The translations under genes and the position numbers were made by a program. A stretch of 64,000 nt of DNA from assembly GCA_000708835.1 (NCBI GenBank), contig DF236962.1, forward strand, positions 248,001 through 312,000. The letters run 5' to 3'. Positions 53,217 through 64,000 of this stretch are shown piece by piece. A model generated the notes under the pieces. It ran no database searches. It saw nothing but the letters and a program-made list of their open reading frames with translations, and had not been told where the DNA came from. This DNA is from Klebsormidium nitens. Taxonomy: Eukaryota; Plantae; Klebsormidiophyceae. Position 1 is the stretch's first letter. Each line of letters starts with the position of its first letter.

Positions 53217-55640
53217 CTAGCACGTCTGCCCGGCGGCGTTCTGGAATGGATACCCCTGAGTCGGCAGGCAATTGTTCATCGCGTCTTGCGCGCACAGCGG
53301 GCTTGGTTCCGTGCAAAACGAGGAAGTGTGTCCGTCCGCGCTGAAGCACGGGTTGCCCGCTGAGGCTGCGGGCTGGTAGGGCCGGACACGTGGCAGTGGT
53401 TTGGGCGGGAATGGTTGCCTGAGGGGGAGCTGCGGAAAGCGACGAGGGGACATGAGAACGGTACTTCGACCAAGATGAAGGAACGTCAAGAAACGTAGCG
53501 GCTTCGAGACTTTACTGATCAAATCACTATGAACGCTTTCTCTGGTTCCGCAGTCAGATTTGCGGGCTTGAAGGAATGCGTTAGAAAAGGCACAGGCACG
53601 TTACGGACGTAGCGGGATAAGCAGTGCGTGCAAGATGTGACAAGTAGCTTCTTCTTCCTGTTTCAAATCATCATGTGGTAGTACAAATATGCCCAGCAAA
53701 CTGATGGGAACATCGTTGAGTGCATTTGCCAGACTGAGTTGGCTCCAAAGATTCATCTTGAACGCAAGCTTCAACGGAACAGCTACGACAAACAAAGTTC
53801 CGCTCACTTGGGGTTGGAGTTGGAGTATTGGTCGGTGGTGCACCGCTCTGAGTCGGGGTAGGAGTCGGAGCCGTTGTTGGGGAAGCGGCCGTCGAAGTTG
53901 GAGAAGGGGTCGGGGTACTAGTGGCTTGGGGGTTTGTAGTAGGAGTTGGCGTTGGAGTGAGAGTGGGAGTAGGCGTGGGGGTTCGAGTTGGATTACTGGT
54001 CTGTGCCGGTTGGGCAATCTGCAGCAGAGAATGTCATGATTTGAATAGAGAGGATAAGTCTTCGAGACCCGTTTGATCCTGAGCGTTGTGGGTGTTGGCA
54101 GGAGAGCCTGCGCAGGCCGTACGTCTTATAGAGGGGCCCCTTCCTGTTGGCGGTTACCCATGCCAGAGCCGATAGCGGCATGACTTTCAGCTCAAAGCTT
54201 GTCATGAGCTGAGTAATGTTCGAGAAAAGTCTGTGCCTTGAAAGCGCGGCAGAGCGTTGCATCTTTACGTGCCTTGTTCTGTCCGGGTTTCCTCTGGGCA
54301 CTCCATGCGCCCAAGGTTACATTAGAGACGACTCTCATAAAGTTTATTCAGGCTTTACGACGACTTGAATACGAAATGCGGAAGGACCATCACGGTTGGT
54401 TAGCAAGAACGAAATTCATTCCTGAAAAGTAAAGCCGCTCACCTGGACCACGTAGCTTTTCTGGGTTACGGCAAACAGGCTGTCCGTAAGTTCCACAGTC
54501 AGGATGAGATTGGACGCTTGCACGTTGCCAATCACGCCGTTCATCTGGAAGAAGAAGAAGCTGCAAGCACACGGGTTCGCTTAGTAATCATACGCTGTGC
54601 GTTATTATGGTCACTGTCCAGAAGCTCACTCGTCCATGGTACTTCAGTTGACAAAGCTTTTGGTTCAGAGGAAAAAGCTCAGTCCGAAGTGACTCTTTTT
54701 CTGATGAAAATGCACCCGTTCCGGCAGCACAAGGTATATGGTAAACCCACAATCCAGGTACTCACGCAATCTCCAGCCCTGACTGCGTGAAGGGCGCCAT
54801 CGTAGCGGCCGCAAAGTCCCACACGACCTGGGCGTTGCCGAACGTGCCCTTGAACGGAAGGCACTCCAGGCCGTACTCCATCGTATCGCTGGCCATGAAG
54901 TCTTCCTGACGGCCCGACCAGATGAGGCGCACTTTGGAGAAGTACTCAGTGGCCGGCTGATTGTTGAGGGTGGTCACTGTGATGGAAAGCAGGGTTCCAG
55001 GAGTAAACTGTATGCAGAAAAAGGACAAGCTTTTGTCAGCCAAATAGACTTTGAAAGGACTGGCCGCCGGGTTGAATTCAGGAGGCCGTAAGCAACCTCG
55101 TTGACGCAACTGGAGGCAAGCAGTAGGCTTTAGACAATGGGACTCGTTAAGTGGGCGTTCTTTGAGCTGGGACTTAAACATTCAACTGGAAGGCACTGAT
55201 TTTTATCAGTGCTACTTCAGTCAGAGCTTCAATTGTTTGCGCAAAAGTCTATTGAGCAAAAAGTCTGCAAACTCTGTTACTTCAAAATCCACACAGCAGC
55301 ATAGGAGTGACGGGTAATGTGCAAAGACAAATCCTATCCCCCAGTTGCAATTCTTCCGTCACTCCGGAAACAATGGTCCTGGAAAATTGCTTGGGCAAAC
55401 AATGACTGGCCAGGGCCCATTAAACAAAACCAAGTGTCAGGTGGCTAGCCCCTTACCGGCCCTATCGTCGTTGACACTGCGTCTGTGGGAGGCGACAGGT
55501 TGTTCACCCCATCGTGGCCCCATTGCAGCTTGAACGGGTTGTGCAACTGCGCCGCAGCTGCATAAAACAAAAGCCAGAAAGTAGACCGCTAACAGGCTCT
55601 GCTTTTGAGCTGAACTTTGTTGGGTTTTGCGTCCCGCCAT
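53217..55640 (-). CDS. Uncharacterised secreted protein: signal peptide, ~110-aa beta-rich domain, Thr/Pro linker and Cys-rich C-terminal module; 5 exons, ~290 aa
   Basis: Exons 55640-55457, 54976-54766, 54560-54443, 54018-53808 and 53365-53217 (873 nt, phases close; last acceptor tentative). Hydrophobic signal LLAVYFLAFVLCSCGAVA, GC3-rich codons in exons 2, 3 and 5, and a (TP)n run in exon 4. Confidence 0.65.
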
Positions 55641-57293
55641 GATTGCTGACCTCGGCTAGCTTCTAGCTCGGCTTAAGTTTCAACTGCCACCTGTCAGCTT
55701 ACGTGCTGTGGAGAGGTTTTGGACGATTGTATCTGGAGGACAAGGTTTGATTGCTGGAAGCTGATTGCTAAGTTGCTGACGTCAGGTGTCCTGCTTAGAT
55801 GCTTACGGCAGCTTTGCAAATCTGTCAGTTGGGCAGTTGGCATTGCTGCTTGCAGAAGGCTGCAAATTCTCTTGGAAGTTGGATCAACGTAGCCTCTGGT
55901 CAAGTGCGCAGTGATTAAACGGTTCTGATAGAATCCATACGACTATTTTATGCTGATACTGGAAAAGTGCAGCTGTGCTGCAAAAGACTGTTCGGCCTCC
56001 GTCTTCAGAATGTGTGGAAACTTGGTCAACATTACTACTAGTACTGTAGCTGAGTAATCTCAATGAGCATATGAACACGTGATAAACACGCGCCGCAATT
56101 ATCTTAGTACCTCTGGGCAGGAAAGGCGCCTCTCACCAGAATACTTCTTTGGTTGCATTGCGCAATGCAGTCTCAAGAGCCCAAAGACGTTCAAGATGCC
56201 GCTTCCAAGGAAACTTCGTCATGTGCAGTCACAGCAGTGTTGCAGTCGTTGCCTGGTCAACTTGCGCCTCAGGGACCAGGGTCCAGGGTCCGGTTGCAAA
56301 TTGCACTGGGATTGCTTCCCCCGACCTCGGCCTTGCATTAAAGGCGCACCGTTGCTGATTGCGCGGAAGGTACGCTGCAAAAAGTGAAGGGGTACATACG
56401 CGGACATATGCGGACATATGCGGGCCAGCTGTCACGTATCTTTCGCGCCAAATTTTCAAGTTTGAAAACCTGTGCAGTCCAGCCTTCACTGTCCACCGCG
56501 AAGATGCGAAAAGTTTGCTTGCGAATGCCGAATTGCCAATGCCCAAGGCAATGTGGCAATCGGCAATGGCGCTCAGCTTGAGCTAGGTAGCCAGCCAGCT
56601 TGACGTACCTACTGCGGAAGGACATCCTCACAAGCCTACCGTAAGCCGAAGGAGGACAGGTACCTAGGTAGTAATACCTAGATTGGGGTGGGGCCTGCTA
56701 TTCCAGCTGGCAGCTTATACGTCGTGTACCCTTAGTTTCTGATTGGTTGCTTTCAGGGCATTGTTTCTGCCAGCACCAGGCAGGGTTCATTGTGTTGGTT
56801 TTGCAACGGGCCTACACTGAATAGTGAAATCGAATGAGGTCCAATGATCCCTAGTTGCATGATCTGCACAAGGCACAAGAAAATGCTCGGCAAAAATTGT
56901 GTGGAATATTAAAGCAAGCGACTGGCTGAAGCTCGGCAGCTGAGACAGGGCGGCTGGCACAGTGTTTTCGGCGTTCGGGACTGTGCATACATATGAACTG
57001 AGGGGTTTATCAGCTGATAGCAAGGATCGGCTCTATCAGCTTATCGAGCCCTGAGAAGATCAGGCAAATCTGTTGACTACAGAGCATACGGAGGCTTGTC
57101 TTCCAACGTCTTGGGTGACGTTACATCGGTGGTCTCTGCACCTTTCATTGAACACACCTTCGATACGTCATCCAAGGTCGTGATGTGTTGTGCCTTCAGC
57201 GTTCTGAGTGCTACTGCCGAGCTCTCATGAGTTTGAGTGCGAAACGAAGTTGAAGAGTATTGTGCCCGGCTGAGCTCTACGCAGCTAGGCAAT

Positions 57294-60200
57294 ATGGGAA
57301 TCAAGGGGCTCCTAGGCTCGCTCAAGCCATATGTTGAACCAGTCCATGTCAGCAAGTACGCCGGCCAGCGGGTAAGCCCATCTTTCTGCATTTGACTGAG
57401 TTTTGCAAAATCTGAGGAGGATGCGGCAGCTGATCAACTTTTAGGCTTTCAATAATGATGCACTTGCACTGAGTTTCTGCCAATAAAGTACTTCCCTTCT
57501 TTTCCTCAGAAGCTGCATTGCAAGAGCGTTTCTGCTTGTGATAAGAGAAAGTCCGTTGGGAGTCTTCAAGCATGGATGCGACTTAAGATCTGTGGCTCCT
57601 GATTCCCTCAGATTACTGTATCCTTGTATCTGTGCTTGTGCCCAAAAACCTTGCCACGAGAGCAGGCCGGCAATTGTAGTTGGTTAAATTTCAGCAACTA
57701 CAAACGAGCACCGGAAGGTGGTATTACAGCTTGATGACTAACGTCAGAATTCCGCCAGCAATCAAACTTCAGTTGACTTGAGCACCCCAGAAACAGCCCA
57801 ACCAACCAGTATAGCTCCCCAAAGCTTTGTCAATCTTTGAAAACAATGGAGACACTCCTACAACAATTGAAAGCTGCGGCCTACTTTTGCAGGTCGGCAT
57901 AGACTGCTACTCGTGGCTCCATAAAGGCGCATACGCATGCAGCCGCGAACTACTGGAAAGCGGGGGGCTGATTAACGGTCCCCGGATGCCGGCATATGTA
58001 GCATACTGTGCACATCGCATTCAGATGCTCAAGCACAATAAGGTCGTCCCTGTCGTCGTCTTTGATGGGGCGCGCCTGCCAATGAAGGCCGGCACAGAAG
58101 CGGAACGGCGGCGGTAAGGCTGGTTGGAGTGTAGAGAGTTTGAGAATGTGATAAAGGAGACTTGATTCGAAGCTGAACGAACGGCATCAAAGAGGCCAGA
58201 AGTGCTAGACTGCTTGTTGACACTCCGAACCTGGCAAAAGGAGCAAAGGGCTAGTAGAAGGTCAAGTCAACCAACAGGTGTCATTGCGTGCTTACTGGCT
58301 CCAGAAGCCAAGTTTCCTGATCACACAGGCCCAGATTAGACCTGAAACATCGGCTTTGATATTGCTATTTGAACCATGTCCAACCGCGTCGCAATGCTGT
58401 ACACGTACCACCGAAGCTGACAACTTCTTTGTCCTTGAACATTTTCCTACTGCCCAGTACAGCAATGTTATTCCTTGGTGCAGGAACAAGAACAACAGCT
58501 TAGAAGAAGCTCGCGCCAAGTTGGCGGCGGGAGATGAGCGTGGAGCAGAAGAGGCCTTCCAAGTGAGCCATGCTGCGGTTCTGACTCTGCACTGGTTCGA
58601 TTGCTCTTGTTAAGAACCAGTTTTGGCATTGGGGCCTTCCGGTACTTCCGAAAGCCTGCCTTCTTGAATGAGGCGCACCTTTATTGGTGACAGAGGTGCT
58701 GAAAGTCATTGGCTCCTTCGAAAAGTGGTTGGGTGCTTCCTGGAGTACTATCAACGTCCGAGCTACGCCAAAAACCCGATCAAGACATTTAAAGAGCTTA
58801 AAGTCAGTCAATTGTGTCTGAATCAGGTCTGGAAAAACGTTTGGTTTTTGGCACCGTCTGGCTTCTGTGATAAGTTTTCCATCCCCCCACAGATCGACCT
58901 TTTTCCATTAGAATATACTTTCTTTGCATCTCTCTGCCTGGACGATCAATCGTCTGGGCCGCACCAACCAATCAAATGCGTCGTCATCAGATCCTTTCAA
59001 ACTGGTGGTTGGTCCAATCTGCCAGCACCAAAGATAATGACGGACTCTCCTCATCTGCAGAGGTCGGTCGACATCACGCCTCAAATGGCACTCCAAGTCA
59101 TGAAGTACCTGAGGAGGGAGGGGGTCGACTTCATTGTGGCACCTTACGAAGCGGACGCGCAACTTGCTGCACTGGCAAGCGCCGGCAAGGAGAATGGGGG
59201 GATCGCTGCCGTCATCACTGAAGATAGTGATCTCCTTGCTTATGGATGCAGCACGGTGAGAAGGGAGAAAACAAAGCGACCAGCGTCAAAAGGGACGCGC
59301 AAATATTTGGCCTTGCTCTTGAGAGTGTTCTTGAGGCTTCCAATTCTGACTTCCTTTCTACGTGAATCTGCTGGGTCTGAAGTGTGGAACCTCTGAGTAC
59401 CAAGATTCTAGATGGGTGTAACAAAGCTTTCAAAAATTCCACAAATTAGAGCAGAGGAGTCTCGTGGAGGGAGACTGATCTTGTGCTGTTTTGGCCGCTG
59501 CTTCTTAGCTCGAGTGTGGGAAGCCGGCAGTAGTCTTAGCGAAATCTGCGGACATGAGGACTGCAGTTAGAAGAGAGACCAAACGATGTGCAAGTCTTAG
59601 CGAAGCGAAGGTGCTGCAATGAAATTGCCTTCTCCCAGCTACGCTACTCCCTTGCTTTCATATCTTAGTAGATCCTCTAAGCTAACCGTCCCCGCTGCTT
59701 GTCCTGAAAAGAGATCTTTTTTTTTTCGGCCCTGTCAAAGGATGCTCGTCACCTGAACCGCTTCTTCCATAACGCTCCGTCGTCCGTGCTCAACTTCTGT
59801 CCAATGCTGACGTCAGGTGCTGTATAAGATGGACAAGTACGGTAACGCCGAGGAGATCTCCACCGAGCGCCTCTTCTCGAGCATCGGACACGGCAGCCAG
59901 GGGCCGAGTCAGGCGTCATCAGGACGTCAGCAAGGGGGCACGTGCCTCTCCTTCCGGCACTTCAACCAGGAGCTCTTTCTAGGTACGGACTCCCGCGACC
60001 GTTCCTTTCTGTCTTATGAAAGCAACGCGTTTTTGCGCCTCTACCCACAAAGATGTTCTCAGCCCCTTGTCCCATTCTTCCCGTGCTTTTACCGCTGTGC
60101 TTCTTGGTAACATAGCAGTTTCGGCTACTCTGCTTCAGGCGGTCAACTCAAACTGGTCACACGACAGTAACTACACCCAAACACCAAATCACGCAAGGAT

Positions 60201-63200
60201 CTAATTCTCATTGTGTCCCGGGGCCTCCGAAGCCGGTGGATTCGGACGCTGCTCTCAGCTCCTCGTTCGGACGCAGTCCCCCGCCGTTCTCATCTCGCTT
60301 TTCGCTCCGTCCAGGCATGTGCATCCTAGCTGGGTGCGACTTCCTGCCGTCGATTCCCGGCATCGGGATCAGCAAGGCGCACGCGGTGGTCAACAAGTAC
60401 CGCAATGTGGACCGGGTGAGAAGCACATCTGATTGGAACGGCTTCCAAGTCTGGTCTTCAACTTCGATCTTTGTTTTTTTAGGGGCTTCCGATGAGAGTG
60501 CCTCGATCAACTTGGCCAGAACGCCTTTCATTTGCGGAGGCAATGGTAGCGGCATTAAGCATCGTGTCCATTTCTGCGACCCATTGCCCTTTACTTTTCC
60601 TTGATAGTCGCCGTAAAGAATCATGTGGGCCAAGAACCGCAGCCTTCCGAACTTCATATCACGTATTCACATGTCGCCGAAAAGCAAGCCGCGTTAAGCA
60701 GCCTACAGCTGAGGAGGCGAAGGGCAAGCGCGTCGCTGACTAGAATTTAGGAGCCTCCGAGGACGCTGAACAGACAAACAGTGACGTCACATCCTTGGAG
60801 AAGCTCATTAGCAGCTCTCCTTTGCGGAAGGCTTTGCCAACGGCTTCGGTTTTGCATCGCCCTAAGTCCTGACTCCGGGCAGCCGGGCTACAGATGGTAG
60901 TCACCCTTTATCTAGACCTCGAATGTGCTAGCTATTACCAGGCACTATCACTTGACTTGCTCTATTCGATATGCCGATAAAAGAACGCGTTGTAGCGCTT
61001 TTTGAGCAAGCTGCCGGTTGTCAAGAGTGTGCGCATCCTAGAGTTGAAACGACTAAGCCAATCACGTAGAGACAACTCACTTCGATTATCTTTTCACCTT
61101 TCCTTTCCACCTAAAACCGGCAGGTTACTTGAAAAGTTCTAACTCGTGTTCGCAGGCGCTCTCGCGGCTCAAACTGGACGCCAAGCTGGTGGTCCCCCCA
61201 GGGTACGCGCGCGAGTACGCGCGCGCGCGCGCCACGTTCGCGCATGCCAGGGTGTATGATCCGGCCTCCAAGCGACTCGTGCACCTCAACCCGCTGCCCG
61301 AGGGCTTTGCGGAGGGGTTTGGGGGCGACATCGACTTCCTGGGACCGTATCCTGGCTGTCGATCTTGCTGCTTCTATCAAGCCTTTTGCCTGCAGGATTT
61401 TGCCTCCGTTTTAATCTACAACCTCTAGAACTTGTCACAGATTTGGGTCCTGTTGGTGAAAAGAAGCCATGCAGACTTTACGAGGGAGGTTTAGCCTAAG
61501 ACATACACGAGGTGCAGTTTGACGACTTGAGTCCACAAATCTTGACGTAACTCTCGAAATGCGGACTTGTTCTCCCCGCAATGGAAGTAGACGCTGTGCG
61601 CCAGACTTGACACTCCTTACACACTGCCAGAATGTTTTGAAGTCACCAGTCAAGGACTCTAACAGGTGTGCCATCTTCATCTTTGTCTCTACTTGACTCG
61701 CCCTCTTCACACCGCCAGAGACATGTCCCCCTCCACCGCAAGAGCCATTGCCGAGGGGCGTGTGAATCCGCTCACAATGGAGGCTTTCCCCCGCACAGAA
61801 GCGGACACGTGGTTGACCAGGGTTCCGAGAGCAGGGGCCACGTGGCAGGGAGTTAGCGCGCACCAGGGCGCCACGTGGTGGTCAGGCAAGAGCCCGAAGA
61901 AGGCTAAGGGCTCGCCAAGAAGCAAGGCGACTCCGGCGGGAAGAAGACCTGCGCATGTGGTGAGCCCCTTTGCCTCTCTTCTTACACACGAATGAAGTGC
62001 GGTTTCACGAAGTTGTCTTAGAGATTTTCTGACCAACAACACGTATAATGCCCTCGTTGTTCTCGACGCGGATAAAGCGGTTCCACATGAATGCCGCGGC
62101 TAGAGAGACCTCTGCTTGTTGACGTTGCCAGCGTACTTTCTGGAGTTAGCTTCAACTGCTGCGGCGCCTTTACTGCCCGGTCATACGTTCAACCAGCGCT
62201 CATCTTTGCCACATTATGATGCCTCCACAATCCGTCTCGTCTCAGTACAGATTTGTTCGCCTGGGCTCATTACCCTTCTTCATCACCTAGTTCAATGGGA
62301 AGGGGTCAGCGCCTCTTTGCCCTGGTTAACAATGCCGGAATAACCTGACTCGAATCTGTCCCCGGTGTCTCAATTTCCTTCTTTCTTTCTTTTCAGGATC
62401 TGGAATCGGACGCCGACCCTTCCCCGATCAGACGTCCAGAGCCCGAAGCGCCCCCCCGCCCCAGGCCCCCAGCCACCGTCGATCTGAGCGCCTTCCGCAA
62501 CTTCGCGGTCCCTCGAAGCCGGGGTTTAGGGCTTAACCAACCCTCGTCCAACCCGTCGCAAGCGGGATCCCTCGATCCGACGGAATTCGGTGCGGACAGA
62601 GTCCGGACGAACGGCAGTCCGGACCGGAACCGGAAGGCGGTTTACGAGGGAGACGTTGGATTTGGTCACTTCCGGGAAGAGAGCGGTATGGTGGGATTTG
62701 ACGGGAACGAGCCCCCTGACGTCAGCATGGAGGAGTCAGAAGAGTTTTGGGGGACACAACTGGAGCCGCGTCAGCAATCACGTCAGCAGGAGAGCGAGCC
62801 GGTCTCCTCTCGACCAGTCCTTTTGGACCTCCCCCGAAATCCGTTCAAGCGGCGGGCAGACGAGCCGGCGAGCGGAACCGGCTGGGTGCGCCAGCTGACC
62901 ACTATCGCGCCCAAACCTCGCAAACCCTTGTCTTCCAAACCGCCTCGTTATCTAAACCCGTTCGCCGTCAGAACCCGGGTTGCAGAGGAGGGGGCACGGT
63001 TTCAGGAGCAGAAGGTCAGCCCATTCTTTGCGAAGCCGGCAAGCCCGCCCTCGAAACCGCCCTCTGACCCGCTCTCGAGAGCATCCTTTAACCCGCCCTC
63101 TAATCCGCCCTCTAACCCGCATTTGACGTCCCGCGCGAAACCCGCTGCAAATTTTCCCAGAAGCGTGGTTTCAGCGCGTGACGTGGGTGCCGGAGAACCC

Positions 63201-64000
63201 GTGTGCCGCGTTCCGGAGGGGCAAGCGATGTCCCCTTTCCAAACAAAGAGACCGCGAAAGATGGGCGCCGGGCCCATTGCGGACTTCTCGAAAAGTCCGA
63301 AACCTGTGCCTGCCAAAAAGAGGTTGCTTGACGACGAGTGTCCATTGGGCGGTGAGGCTCCGTCAACGGAAGAGCGGAACGCTGCCGGAGAGCGGCGGAA
63401 CCAGAGGTCGGAAGGTTCCGCAGCTCCGTCCGAGAGCCTGACGAAACCGTCGGACTGCGCCGTGGGGGACGGCTCCGAAGAACTAGGGCGACTCGACTCA
63501 AAGCCCTCGGAAGGGGACGAGCGAGGCCCGCCGGAGCATCCTGCGGAAGGCCCTCTAAAGGATCCCCAAAGCTGCCCTGTGAGCAGTGCGCCGCAAAATC
63601 CTTTAGCAGACTCCTCGGAAGCGGATCAACAGTGGAACGGATCAGAAGATCGACAAGACTCTCATCGCGACGTTCCGGCGCCGCCAGCTCCCGTTCCGGC
63701 CGCCTCTTCTCCGGAAACCAGCGTTCCGTTCTTCGGGCCTTCGCTGGACTCGAACCCGGAATTCCGTTCGGATTGCGGCAGCCAGGAGGCCGTCCTGAGC
63801 ACGCCGTCGGAGGAGCTCGAGCCCGCGGAACCTTTTAACGTTCCGGAGGAAGCTTTGGCGCGCGGGCTGGGGGAGAACTCTTTAGAGGGGCTGCAGAGCA
63901 CGTGGGCGGCGACGGCCGCGTCGCAAGCAGCGGCTGATGCCGGTCGGGAAAGGACGGTTATGAGTGACCAGGGATTTGCTCACGTTCACAGGATGTCAGC
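57294..64000 (+). CDS. EXO1: Exonuclease 1 (XPG/Rad2 family), 3'-truncated by the window end
   Basis: Exons 57294-57371, 57893-58113, 58484-58562, 59061-59255, 59817-59982, 60315-60415, 61156-61346, 61719-61959 and 62397->64000 (open to the end). Motifs: [70 protein letters not shown] and ARVYDP. Confidence 0.95.

Noticed and set aside
52588-53220. 210-aa plus-strand ORF downstream of SERINC (also 46397..46837- and 12831..13436+)
   Set aside because: No domain motifs, no GC3 bias like the real exons, and they lie in intergenic or intronic sequence.

Overview
Intron-rich eukaryotic nuclear DNA with GT-AG introns and GC-rich exons. The mix of a flagellar central-pair gene (CFAP46) with plant-type genes (GH9-CBM49 cellulases, HIL1-like lipase, LEA_2) suggests a streptophyte alga, probably Klebsormidium-like; this is an inference. 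I built nine gene models by hand, and exon phases and total lengths close for every complete model except GH9 #2. In order: (1) the 3' end of a GH9-CBM49 endoglucanase (+); (2) a second GH9-CBM49 (-), tail-to-tail with the first, with a 1-nt frameshift in a G9 run; (3) Dr1/NC2-beta (+); (4) CFAP46 (-), 17 exons, about 3170 aa, spanning a 660-N gap; (5) a LEA_2/NHL protein (+); (6) a HIL1-like C2 + class-3 lipase (-); (7) SERINC (+); (8) an uncharacterised secreted protein with a Pro/Thr linker and Cys-rich tail (-); (9) EXO1 (+), running off the window end. I found no rRNA, tRNA, CRISPR or prokaryotic system. The most unusual signal is a recurring 'splice-junction echo': at eight exon-intron borders in four genes, the border has been tandemly copied 1-4 times into the neighbouring intron. 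Two copies remain in-frame AG...GT cassettes. There is also a 188-bp MITE-like element.
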